This document shows, piece after piece, positions 11,180 to 20,318 of a stretch of 64,000 nt of DNA. Each line of letters starts with the position of its first letter. The stretch's first letter is position 1. The notes below the pieces were generated by a model. That model searched no databases and was not told the origin of the DNA. It saw only the letters and a list, made by a program, of their open reading frames with translations. Position numbers and translations under genes: made by a program. Origin of the DNA: an uncultured delta proteobacterium. GTDB taxonomy: Bacteria; Myxococcota; Myxococcia; Myxococcales; Anaeromyxobacteraceae. The stretch spans positions 1 through 64,000 of the forward strand of contig CAWJSR010000022.1 in assembly GCA_963845515.1 (NCBI GenBank), written 5' to 3'.

Positions 11180-12511
11180 TCACGCCGCTGGGTCCGGCGT
11201 TGCGAGGTCCCAGGCCTTGGCACCGAGCCGCGCGAAACGCCTCGACCACTTGAGCGCGACCAGCGCCATGACGGCCGCGTATCCGAGGTACGCCGCAGCA
11301 TTGACCCGCGCGAAGGCCAGCGCGTGCGCCTCCGACGGCCGGTAGACGAAAAGGACCGCCGCGTACACGCCAAGCGCGGCACCATGTGCCACGTTCGGCC
11401 CCAGCGAGTCGCGTGCCGCAAAGGGGTACATCGCAAGCGCCTGGCCCAGGGCGAAGGCACAAGCGCCGACCGCGGTCCACGGAAGGACGCTCGAGATTCC
11501 GGCGAACTGCTTCCCGAATAGAAGCGCCGCTGCAAAGGGCGCCAGGAGGTAGGCGACGCCCGCCCCAGCGACCATGAGCGCTGCGCTTGCGACCGTTAGC
11601 CTACGCAGGTGCCTTTCCACGCTCACGACGTCCATCTTGCTAGCGGCCTCCGTGATGAGCGGCTGGAAATACGAGAGCAGCGGTGACGAGATCGCGTTGG
11701 CGCCCGCTGTGGAAAGCCCTACGCTCAGCACGAACAAGGCGGTCGAGGAAGGGTTGTCCAGGCGGGCCAGGCCCCACCTCTCCGCGGTACCGCACACCTG
11801 CATTAGCACCGACGAGACCACGTACGGACCGGAGAACCTGAGTATCTCGCGAGCGGCGCCCTGCCCAAGCACCGTCCGGATCGCCGCTCGGTGGCTCCAG
11901 TCGACGGATGCCGCAAAGATGCGCCACGCACAGGCTGCAACGAGCGCTGAGTACCCTGCCTGGACCCAGATCATCTCGCTGCCCGCCCGAAGCCCGAAGA
12001 GCCCGATGCCCCCCGCGAGCACGAAGTGCCTGAGCGGAGTCGATGCAAACCCCATGAGCCCCACGACTGCCCGCTTCCGCTCGGCGGCAGGCACCGGCGC
12101 GACGGCTTGCCCGGAAGCCATCGCGACGCCCGTAAGCCAGGTGGCGAGCAATACCGCCGTGGAGGTGACTCTGCCGCTCACGGACAGGACCGCGACCGCC
12201 AGCCCCATGAGCACCAGCTCGGCGGCCACGCCCGTAGCGAGCAGCCGAAAGAAGCTGGCCGATGCGCCCTGGTACTTCGCGGAGAGCCAATACCGAAAGA
12301 CAAGGTGGTACGCCCCCATGCCCGGGATCGCCATCCACTGCGCAACGTTCATGTACATGTAGAACGTGCCCAGGTCGTTCGGTGCTGCCAACTCGGTGAG
12401 CAACCTGTTCCCCACGAGAGCCAACACCAGGTTGCCTAGCGAGAAGGCGACGACCACGCGTGCCTCGCCGCTACGCCACACCCGACCGATGATTGTGGGC
12501 GCCAAGCTCAT
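11180..12511 (-). CDS. wzx: Polysaccharide flippase, Wzx-like
   Basis: About 440 aa with many transmembrane-like segments; position inside a polysaccharide operon; ATG overlaps the upstream stop. Confidence 0.65.
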   Translation of the reverse strand: MSLAPTIIGRVWRSGEARVVVAFSLGNLVLALVGNRLLTELAAPNDLGTFYMYMNVAQWMAIPGMGAYHLVFRYWLSAKYQGASASFFRLLATGVAAELVLMGLAVAVLSVSGRVTSTAVLLATWLTGVAMASGQAVAPVPAAERKRAVVGLMGFASTPLRHFVLAGGIGLFGLRAGSEMIWVQAGYSALVAACAWRIFAASVDWSHRAAIRTVLGQGAAREILRFSGPYVVSSVLMQVCGTAERWGLARLDNPSSTALFVLSVGLSTAGANAISSPLLSYFQPLITEAASKMDVVSVERHLRRLTVASAALMVAGAGVAYLLAPFAAALLFGKQFAGISSVLPWTAVGACAFALGQALAMYPFAARDSLGPNVAHGAALGVYAAVLFVYRPSEAHALAFARVNAAAYLGYAAVMALVALKWSRRFARLGAKAWDLATPDPAA

Positions 12512-13932
12512 CGCGTTGACGGAGGAGCCATCGCCTTCAGCGACCGCACCGAGGAGTGCTTCGCGCGGACGCCTGCACGGACCATCTTCACACCGACCGT
12601 GACGACCACCGCCACGAATCCCACTCGTATTACGCTCTGTATGCAAACGTCCACGGACGGCACCAGCGTGAGAAACGCTGGAGCCCCGAGCATGAAGAAC
12701 CCCAACACGCGACGGGACAACAGCGTCGACAGGAGCATCGAGTTCACGAAGACGAGGTACGCCGCGTTCACCAGCACAAGCAGCGGGATCCCCCAGTACC
12801 CGATCTCCCAGATCGTCACCGCCGCCGCGCTCACCTGCACGTTGCCGGCTGCTTCATCGTGACCGAGTAGCACCGCTGCGATCCTCGTAGGGTGCCCGGC
12901 GTAGGTACCGTCGGCGCTCCCGGGGACCGGCTTATCGGGCAGGATGAATCTCGGGACGAAGGACAGAACAGAGCCAACGAAAGGAGCCAGGCCGGCCGCT
13001 TCGGGTCCTTCCTTCGCCAGGAGCAGAGTGCCGCCGAGGGGGTTGTTGAACTTCTCGGTAACCTCGCCGGTCAACGCAACCCAGAAACGGGACGAGTTCG
13101 TCGTCATGGACTCGGCACTACTCTCCAAGACCCCTGATAGCGAGAACGTGCCCCCGGCTCGAGCACCCGAGATGAAGATCGACGCGGAGCCGCCGGCCAC
13201 GATGGTGAGCGCGGAGATGATGAGCCACTTCACGGCTCTCGCGAGCGACCACTGCGACCGCACGGCCGCGAATGCGACCAGAACGAGCGGCATGAGCATG
13301 GCGATTCGTGCCCCTCGCAACGGTACGACCACGCAGATGTACGCGAGCCAGGCCCAGGCCGCTACGGTCGGCAACCTCCTCTTCCCGCCCTGGGTCGCGG
13401 CATCGCCAGTTAGGTAGGCAAGCGTGACGCTCGTCACGAGGGCAGAGGAGAAGGCAATCGTACCTGCCGCCGCAAAAGCGCCGGAGTCCTGCTGCGTCGT
13501 CTGGAACGCGTTCCTCTCCAAGTAGGTCTCGCCGAACAGGGTCGAGGTCCATAGCTCCAAGGCGAATCCCGCCGTCACGAACAGCAGTACCGCCCACTCC
13601 ATGTCGGCAACAGAAGGAGGCCGCTTGCCCGGTGACGCAAGCAGGCTAAAGAACGGGCGGCGCACGAGCAATACCGACACGGCTCCGAGGAAGGCCCCGT
13701 TACCAATCACGAGGAGAGTTAGGTAGTCATGCGCCAGACCCCCGGACAACCGACGATGCTCGTCTGCAAACGGCGCAACGAGGAAGGTCGGCACCGCGTA
13801 CCAGAGCAGGAGCACGAACCAGAGCGAGACGACGAGGTAGGGCGAGACGACGTCGCTGCGCCGCGCGTTCCGCAGAACCCAACCGGAAAGGACGAGCGTG
13901 GCACCCGCGACGATCAACAGCGTGAGATCCAA
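12508..13932 (-). CDS. wzy: Polytopic membrane protein, probable Wzy polymerase
   Basis: 474 aa, about 10-11 hydrophobic segments with a large loop and an RGARIAML motif; lies between wzc and wzx. Confidence 0.55.
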   Translation of the reverse strand: MDLTLLIVAGATLVLSGWVLRNARRSDVVSPYLVVSLWFVLLLWYAVPTFLVAPFADEHRRLSGGLAHDYLTLLVIGNGAFLGAVSVLLVRRPFFSLLASPGKRPPSVADMEWAVLLFVTAGFALELWTSTLFGETYLERNAFQTTQQDSGAFAAAGTIAFSSALVTSVTLAYLTGDAATQGGKRRLPTVAAWAWLAYICVVVPLRGARIAMLMPLVLVAFAAVRSQWSLARAVKWLIISALTIVAGGSASIFISGARAGGTFSLSGVLESSAESMTTNSSRFWVALTGEVTEKFNNPLGGTLLLAKEGPEAAGLAPFVGSVLSFVPRFILPDKPVPGSADGTYAGHPTRIAAVLLGHDEAAGNVQVSAAAVTIWEIGYWGIPLLVLVNAAYLVFVNSMLLSTLLSRRVLGFFMLGAPAFLTLVPSVDVCIQSVIRVGFVAVVVTVGVKMVRAGVRAKHSSVRSLKAMAPPSTR

Positions 13933-14025
13933 CGGTTCTCCTGGCTGTGCGCGTGATGCGCGATGGCCGATTGCCCCGGCGGCTGCAGGGCTGGTCTGCC
14001 TGGGGTGCCCGCCGCTCTCCCTTCG

Positions 14026-16225
14026 TCAGGAAGCCTTGGCCTCTTCCTTGGGCGATCCGTAGTACCCGTACCGGTAGTACTGGTAGTACTGCCCGTACCG
14101 CTGATCCTGAAGGTCGAGGTCGTTCAGCACCGCGCCGAAGATCTTCCCCTTCACGTCCAGGATCGACCGCACCGCCCGCACCGCGGCATCCCGCGACGTC
14201 TGGCCCGCCTTCAGCACGACCAGCGTCCCGTCCACCTGCGTCGAGATGACGACGGCATCCGCCACCACCCCCGCCGGCGGCGAGTCGATGATGATGCGGT
14301 CGAAGCGCTGCGCCATCGCCTGGAGCAGCTTGCTGAACCCCTCGGTGTGGAGCAGCTCGGCCGGATTGGGCGGGATCGGGCCGCACGTCAGGACGCTCGA
14401 GGTTCGGGATCTGCGTCGGCCGGATCACCTGGTCGAGCTGCCCGTCTCCCACGATGAGCGACGAGAGGCCGACGTCGTTGGGGAACTCGAAGACCTTGTG
14501 AAGCTGCGGCCGGCGCATGTCGGCGTCCACGATCAGCACGCGGGTCCCACCGTCGGCCATCACCTCGGCCAGCGCCGTCGCCGTCGTCGTCTTCCCCTCG
14601 CCCGGGCTCGCCGAGGTGACGACGATCGTCTTGAGCGGCTTCTCGGGCGACATGAACAGCAGATTCGTCCGGATCGACCGGAGGCACTCGGCGGCGGCTG
14701 ACCGGGGATTGGCGTGGACGAAGAGGTCGCGCTCCTTGTCTCCCTTCGTCTGCTCGATCGACGGGATGATCCCCAGGAAGGCGAGCCCCAGCCGCTCCTC
14801 CACCTGCTCGCGCGTGGTGATGGTCGTGTCGAGCATCTCCAGCAGGAAGGCGAGCCCGATGCCGCCGGCGAGCCCCAGCAGCATGGCCAGCGCCAGGTTG
14901 CGCGCTGGGCGTGGGTAGGCGGGGCGCTCCGGCGGCTCGGCGCGGTCCAGGATCCGGACGTTCGACATCTGCATCATGCCGGTGACGCTCGCGTCCTTGA
15001 GCCGCCCGAGCACCTGGTCGTAGAGCCGCTGGTTGTTGTCGTGCGCCCGCTTCAGCTCCAGGTAGGCCTGCTCGTACTGGTTGAGGCCGAAGGCGTCCGA
15101 CTTGGTCTCGTTCAGCAGCGCCAGCAGCTTCTTCTCGGTCTGGACCACCTCGTCGTAGGAGCGTCGGGCCCCCTGGAGGATGGTCTTCACCTCGCGGTGC
15201 AGCGCGCCGCGGGCCGTCGCGAGCCTCGCCTCGCAGGACTCCAGCTTGGGGTAGTCGGCCAGGTACTTCGCCCGCATGTCGGCGCACTCCACCTGCGCCC
15301 GCGCGTAGCCGACCTTCAGCTCCTGCACCGTCCGCGACTCGGCGACGATGGCGAAGGCCTCCGAGGCCGCCTCCCCCTTCTCCAGCGCCTCGCCCAGCGC
15401 CGCGATTTGCTCGCTCCGCGCCTCGAGCTGGGCCTTCTGGACGCGGGCGCTCGTGAGCGCCGCGTTGATGGCCACCAGCCGCTGCGTCACCATCCCCTGC
15501 CGGTCCTCCCAGGTGGTGGCGACGATGTCCTTCGACTTCTTGAACTCGAAGAGCTCCTTGCTGCTCTTCCCCAGCTTCTGCTCGAGGTCGCCTAGCTGCT
15601 GCTCCAGCCAGTCGGACGCTCCCTGCGTCGTGTTGGTCTTCACCGAGAGGTTCTCGGTGATGTAGGCCTCGGCCAGGCCGTTGGCGAGCGTCGCGGCCCA
15701 CTTCGGGTCGCGGTCCTCCACCTGGATCCGCGCGACGCGCGAGTCCTTCACCGGCAGGACCTTCACCCGCTCCTGCAGGACCGTGATCGGGTCGAGCTTC
15801 GAGATGGCCGCCTCGATCTTCCCCTGGTCCTTGAGGTGGTCGAGCCCGAGGAAGCGCGGGTCGCGCGCGAGCTGGAACTTCTCGATGACGCGCTGCGCGA
15901 CGGCGCGGCTCTGGATCACCTTGTACTGGGTCTCGTAGTACTCCTTCGAGTACCAGTAGCCGCCGGTGCCCGAGTCCACGACCTCCTTCACGTCCTCCTT
16001 GTCGAGGACGCGCGGGGCGTTCAGGTCGATGATGAGCGTCGCCGCCGCCGCGTAGATCTTCTGCTGGCGCAGCGTGAAGAGGAGCGTCAGCACCACCGCC
16101 GCCGCGAAGACCGCGCCGATGATCCAGCGCCGCCGGACGACGATGCGCCAGTACTCGCGCAGATCGATCTCGTCCCCGTCCGCGGCCGGTCGTGCCGTCG
16201 CTTCGCTCTCCTGGTTGGCTGGCAT
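14026..16225 (-). CDS. wzc: Polysaccharide co-polymerase / tyrosine autokinase (Wzc/GumC); frameshift near 14395
   Basis: DEIDLREYWRIV Wzz-like N-terminus, coiled coil, Walker A SPGEGKTTT, VDADMRRP, IIIDSPP, C-terminal Tyr cluster RYGQYYQYYRYGYY. Confidence 0.92.
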
Positions 16226-16282
16226 CGAGTCCTTGCGGTGACGGCGCGGGGTTGCCCCCGCTGCCCCCGAAACCGCCCGAGT

Positions 16283-16838
16283 CTAGGCGGATCCCGGACG
16301 TGAGTCGAGAACGTGGGGTCCTGCGAAAGGGGGGGGCTACTGTCGCTCGCCGCGCCCCACGTCGAGCCGTCCACCTGCCGATGGACTCGCTGACGGAGCC
16401 CGGCTGCCCCGACTCCTGATCGATCAGGGCCAGGAACGCGCGCGGCGTCACGATACGGATCCGCTCGAACTGGCCGAGGGAGAGGAGGTCATCGTCGCCG
16501 GTGACGACGAAGTCCGCGCGCCCCTCCACGGCGGTGGAGAGGATCGCGTCGTCGTCGGGGTCTCGAACCGCGCCGGAGACGGCGCCCGTCACGTCCACCG
16601 GGGAAGAGACCGTGTCGATCATGGCGATCCGAAGGTCCAGCTCGTCGTCGCTCCCCTTGATGCGCTTGCGGACGGACGGATACCTCACGACCCGGCGCAG
16701 CTCCTCCAGGATCGGGGCCGACAGCACCAGCTCGAAGGCCTCGTCCTTCACGAGCCGGGTGAGGAGCAGGCCCGGCACGCTCGCGGGCTTCATGAGCGCG
16801 CTGACCAGGACGTTGGTGTCGACGACGACCCGGAGCAC
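16283..16838 (-). CDS. PIN-domain toxin (PIN_3 / VapC-like); no in-frame stop as sequenced
   Basis: RVVVDTNVLVSAL, ILEELRRV, RDPDDDAILSTAVEGRADFVVTGDDDLL; removing one base from the G8 run at 16329-16336 gives TAG at 16283-16285. Confidence 0.85.
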
Positions 16839-16841
16839 CGC

Positions 16842-17132
16842 CTACTTCCTGCGCCGCGAACGGCGAGCCTGGGCACGCGCCCAGCGCTGGGCTTCGAGCG
16901 CCAGCTCCATCGCCCCGTCGTCGGTCAGGTCGCTCTCCACCGGCGTCGTGAGGAACTCCAGCAGCCCCTTGCGGGCGACGCGGCGGAGCTGCTCGAGGCG
17001 CTCCACGGAGACCAGCGCTGCCATCGGCTTGCCCTTGCGCTCGATGACGAACTCGTCTCCACGGAGCGCGACCCGGTTCAGCAGGTCTCCGATCCGGAGG
17101 CGAACGTCGGCGGTCGAGATCTTCGTGGCCAT
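16842..17132 (-). CDS. Phd/YefM family antitoxin
   Basis: MATKISTADVRLRIGDLLNRVALRGDEFVIERKGKPMAALVS; GGAG RBS; directly upstream of the PIN gene. Confidence 0.88.
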   Translation of the reverse strand: MATKISTADVRLRIGDLLNRVALRGDEFVIERKGKPMAALVSVERLEQLRRVARKGLLEFLTTPVESDLTDDGAMELALEAQRWARAQARRSRRRK

Positions 17133-17136
17133 GGTG

Positions 17137-17180
17137 GCATCTCCAGCAACTACTATAGTTGCATGAGATGCACGGGGCAA
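17137..17180 (-). promoter_or_regulatory. Sigma70-type promoter of the phd-PIN module overlapped by a palindromic operator
   Basis: Minus strand TTGCCC-N17-TATAGT; imperfect palindrome GCATCTC-CA-GCAACTA-CTA-TAGTTGC-AT-GAGATGC at 17137-17171. Confidence 0.75.
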
Positions 17181-17240
17181 GGTCACTTCAGGGCGTGGCT
17201 CGCCCTCGCGCGCCGCGCTCTCGCCCGCGCCGTGCGCGGC

Positions 17241-17810
17241 TCAGGACCTCGCCGCATCGCCCCGCGCGCGGGCGAGGAGGTCGCCGAGCGCGAGCCGGCC
17301 GGCCCACCCGTCCAGATACGAGGCGTCCAGCACCGTCCGCGACTGCCGAAGCACCTGGACCACGTCGCGCCACTGTCTATCCGAGACCTCGCCGCCGGCG
17401 CGGTACCACAGCAGCTTTCGCAGGACCGAGTCCTCGGGGCTCTTGATGAACAGGCTCTCCCCTGCGCGCACGTCGATGCGCCTCCGCCGGGCGAACTCCG
17501 CCTGATCGAAGGGGGCCTCCCTCAGGATGAACAGGTCGATCTTCGTGACCGCGGGCGCGTAGATGATGTTCCACGAGGTGCGATCGAGCGCCGCGCGCCG
17601 AAGCGCCTCCTCGTCCACGTCGAAGTCGGGCCCCAGCGCGGCGATGAATGGGCCGACCTGCTCCGGCGCCAGGTCCACCACCAGGTCGACGTCGTTCGTG
17701 GACCTCGGCTCGCCCTGGAAGGAGCTGGCGAGGGACCCGCCCAGGAAGTACGCGACGCCCGCGCTCTCCAGCGCCCGGGTCACGAGGAGCGTGACTTCGA
17801 CCACGTCCAC
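17241..17810 (-). CDS. Pol-beta-superfamily nucleotidyltransferase, putative MenT-like toxin
   Basis: YFLGGSLAS...PRSTNDVDLVV (GS...DxD), KIDLF, SPEDSVLRKLLWY, RQWRDV. Confidence 0.75.
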   Translation of the reverse strand: MDVVEVTLLVTRALESAGVAYFLGGSLASSFQGEPRSTNDVDLVVDLAPEQVGPFIAALGPDFDVDEEALRRAALDRTSWNIIYAPAVTKIDLFILREAPFDQAEFARRRRIDVRAGESLFIKSPEDSVLRKLLWYRAGGEVSDRQWRDVVQVLRQSRTVLDASYLDGWAGRLALGDLLARARGDAARS

Positions 17811-17819
17811 GTCGACCTC

Positions 17820-18068
17820 TCAGGGCACGTCGTCGGGCACGCTGCCGAAGAGCCGCGCGGCCGCCGCGCGGCCATAGAGCAGGGCGGCGAGCCGGCAACG
17901 GATCTCCCCGTCGTCAGCGCCGGGATGGCGGCTCCGAAGGCCGGCCTCCGCCATCGCGCGGGTGCCCTGCGTGAGCTGGGCGGCGATCTCGAGCTTTCGG
18001 GCGCCCGAGAGCGCGCCGAGCATCGCGTCGTACCTGGCTGCCACCGCGGGGGCCGTGTCGCGCTCCAT
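17820..18068 (-). CDS. Small helical protein, putative Rv0078B/MenA1-like antitoxin
   Basis: 82 aa, ARKLEIAAQL...AMAEAGLRSRHPGADDGEIRCRL; directly upstream of the NTase gene. Confidence 0.6.
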   Translation of the reverse strand: MERDTAPAVAARYDAMLGALSGARKLEIAAQLTQGTRAMAEAGLRSRHPGADDGEIRCRLAALLYGRAAAARLFGSVPDDVP

Positions 18069-18069
18069 G

Positions 18070-18104
18070 GGCGTCAGGATAGACGCCGCAGGGAGCAGGA
18101 ACAA
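18070..18104 (-). promoter_or_regulatory. Sigma70-type promoter, probably leaderless, with inverted repeat bracketing the -10
   Basis: Minus strand TTGTTC-N17-TATCCT-7nt-ATG; GGCGTC-TATCCT-GACGCC palindrome at 18070-18087; no SD. Confidence 0.65.
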
Positions 18105-18131
18105 CCGGTGGCGCAGGGGGCGGCGACCGGA

Positions 18132-18842
18132 TCACTTCACGACGTAGCTCGCCCCGCGCGTATTTCCGCGCTTCACGAGGAAGGGGGCGTCGCGCAGGTC
18201 GCGCTGCGCCTGGCGGCGCGAGACGGTGCCGCGGAGCGCCTCGAGGTACTCGGCGAGGCTGACGCTCCCCCTCCGCTCCGCGAGCCGGCGCAGGAGGTTG
18301 CGCCGCTCGTTCCGCTCCAGGGTCCCCCGCGCCGGGCTGCCCAGCTCCTTCGCGAAGGGCGCCTCGCGCGCGAGGTAACCCCACCGCTTGTACTCCGAGA
18401 GCGACTCCTCCGCGTCGCGGCGCGCCAGGGCCCCACCGAAAGCTCGCGTCCCCATGAAGAAGCGCTCGCCCCGCGCCGGGACGATGGCCGCGGTCACGAA
18501 GCGCGAGTAGTCGTCCAGCTCCGCCGACGGCGCCGCCTGCCGGGCGAACTCCAGCGCCACGGCAAGCGCCGCCGGCCAGCGCGCGCGCAGGGCGGCACGG
18601 CGCAGGGAGAGCGGGTTGAAGCGCTCGTAGGACCGGGCGAGCAGCTCGACCACGACCCAGAGGAGCCGGGGATCGTGGCGGGCCGCCTGCGCCGCCAGGA
18701 CCACCAGCTCCTCGGGCGACGGGGAGCCGTGGCGCCAGGGGTACCGGCGCCCCTCGGCTCGCGCGCCCGCCCGGGCGAGCTCGTGGTAGAGCCTGGCCAG
18801 CTCACGCTCGTCGCGAGGGACGTCGTCGAGGCGGGCTGTCAT
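18132..18842 (-). CDS. Hypothetical protein with C-terminal winged HTH; putative antitoxin/regulator
   Basis: 236 aa; C-terminal VSLAEY...VSRRQAQRDL...LVKRGNTRGASY wHTH-like pattern; ATGA overlap with the upstream NTase stop. Confidence 0.65.
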   Translation of the reverse strand: MTARLDDVPRDERELARLYHELARAGARAEGRRYPWRHGSPSPEELVVLAAQAARHDPRLLWVVVELLARSYERFNPLSLRRAALRARWPAALAVALEFARQAAPSAELDDYSRFVTAAIVPARGERFFMGTRAFGGALARRDAEESLSEYKRWGYLAREAPFAKELGSPARGTLERNERRNLLRRLAERRGSVSLAEYLEALRGTVSRRQAQRDLRDAPFLVKRGNTRGASYVVK

Positions 18843-19372
18843 TCGGAGCCCTGGATGTCATCGAAGAAGTCGAGCGCGTCCTGCGCCCCGCGGATCCCCC
18901 TCTCCGCCAGCTCCTGGATCCTCCGCTCGACGAGCCCGAGGTCCGGGGCGCGCTTCAGGAGCGCGCGCGCGTGCCCCACGTCCTTCTCCCGCCCGGCGAA
19001 GCACTTCATCACCAGCAGGTCCTCGACCCCCAGCGCCATGACCCTGAGCCGCTCCCCCTCGTGGATGGGGCGCAGCCGCGTGCCGTAGTCGGGCGGGAGG
19101 ACGAAGGCGAAGGTCTCGAAGTGGGGATTGATCCAGTCGGGGGCGAGCCCGTGCTCGCGGGCGACCGCGCGGATGGCCGGCTGGATCTCCTCCAGCCTGG
19201 CCTCCCGGGGGTAGGCGTCCACGTCGGTCGTCCGGACCGGGAGCCTGTAGGCCAGGAGCATGGCCGTGCCGCCCCCCACGATCAGGGTGATCGGGCGATC
19301 GAGGGCGCGGTCGAGCGCGGCGAAGGCCAGACGGAGCTGGCCGACCTCGAGGGGGGGGTATCCGGTGGTCAT
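18839..19372 (-). CDS. DUF6036-like nucleotidyltransferase, putative toxin
   Basis: LIVGGGTAMLL...RTTDVD, DWIN, EDLLVMKCFAGREKD motifs. Confidence 0.8.
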   Translation of the reverse strand: MTTGYPPLEVGQLRLAFAALDRALDRPITLIVGGGTAMLLAYRLPVRTTDVDAYPREARLEEIQPAIRAVAREHGLAPDWINPHFETFAFVLPPDYGTRLRPIHEGERLRVMALGVEDLLVMKCFAGREKDVGHARALLKRAPDLGLVERRIQELAERGIRGAQDALDFFDDIQGSE

Positions 19373-19410
19373 TGCGCCTTTATAATGCCATGGGCTTCAT
19401 ATGGCGCAAT
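19371..19410 (-). promoter_or_regulatory. AT-rich promoter/operator: 40-bp imperfect palindrome ending at the NTase start codon
   Basis: ATTGCGCC...CCATGG...GGCGCAAT (14 of 20 positions pair); minus strand TTGCGC...TGGCATTATAAA close to the ATG; no SD. Confidence 0.65.
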
Positions 19411-19424
19411 AGCTCGTCTCCCGG

Positions 19425-20318
19425 CTATCCCCTGCTCGCCATCTCCTCGAAGAACCGGTCCAGGGCGGCCTCGAGCGGAAGCGGGGCGTGCTTCAGCAGC
19501 CGCGTCGCGCGCTCCACCCTCAACCCGCCCTTCAGGGGGCGCGGCGCGAGGAGCTTCACGTCGGACGTCCTCACCGGGACGATCTCGCCAACCAGCCCGA
19601 ACCGGCCCGCAACCCGCCGGGCGAACTCCACCCGGTCGAGGACCGTCGCGTCGCTCGTGTGCAGCACGCCCCGGTAGTCCTGCTCCAGCAGCAGCTCGAG
19701 GCACATGGCCGCGCCGTTCGCGGCGAGCGTGGTGGAGACGAGCTGATCGCTGAACGCCCTCACGGGCTCGCCGCGCGAGAGCTTCTCGACCACCTGCGTC
19801 GCGAACGTGCTCCGCGCCCCCGCCCGGCCGCCGTAGACGACGGCGACCCGCGCGACGGCGCAGTCGTCAGCGAGGAGCAGCGCCGCCTCCTCGCCGCAGC
19901 GCTTCGTCCGGGCATAGACACCCTGCGGGTTCGGCAGGTCCTCCTCGGCGTACGGGCCATCCCTCCCGTCGAAGACGTAGTCGGTCGAGACCGCCACGAG
20001 CCGGGCACCGAGCGCGGCGCACGCGCGCGCGACCTGCTCCGTCCCGCCGACGTTGACGCGCCAGGCGAGGGACGCGGCGCGCTCGCAGCCATCCACGTCG
20101 GTGAGGGCGCCGGCGTGCAGCACGGCCTCCGCCCGGAACTCCAGCAGCGCCGCCTCGACCGAGCGGCCGTCGCCCAGATCCGCGTCCACCCACCGATACG
20201 GGCCCGGCGGCAGCCGGCAAGGGCCGCGGCCGAGCGCGAGGAGCTCGTGGCGGCCGGCGAGCTGCGCCACCGCCTCTCCCCCCAGGAGGCCATTGGCCCC
20301 GGTGACCGCGACCCGCAT
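19425..20318 (-). CDS. rmlD: dTDP-4-dehydrorhamnose reductase
   Basis: MRVAVTGANGLLG, STDYVFDG, YARTKRCGE. Confidence 0.9.
   Translation of the reverse strand: MRVAVTGANGLLGGEAVAQLAGRHELLALGRGPCRLPPGPYRWVDADLGDGRSVEAALLEFRAEAVLHAGALTDVDGCERAASLAWRVNVGGTEQVARACAALGARLVAVSTDYVFDGRDGPYAEEDLPNPQGVYARTKRCGEEAALLLADDCAVARVAVVYGGRAGARSTFATQVVEKLSRGEPVRAFSDQLVSTTLAANGAAMCLELLLEQDYRGVLHTSDATVLDRVEFARRVAGRFGLVGEIVPVRTSDVKLLAPRPLKGGLRVERATRLLKHAPLPLEAALDRFFEEMASRG

Noticed and set aside
14388..16838. Apparent PIN-Wzc fusion (816 aa)
   Set aside because: The extension is out of frame with Wzc and is low-complexity; a lost stop codon explains it
16283..19410. Integron cassette array explanation for the TA tandem
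   Set aside because: No RYYYAAC...GTTRRRY attC structure in the spacers and no integrase in the window
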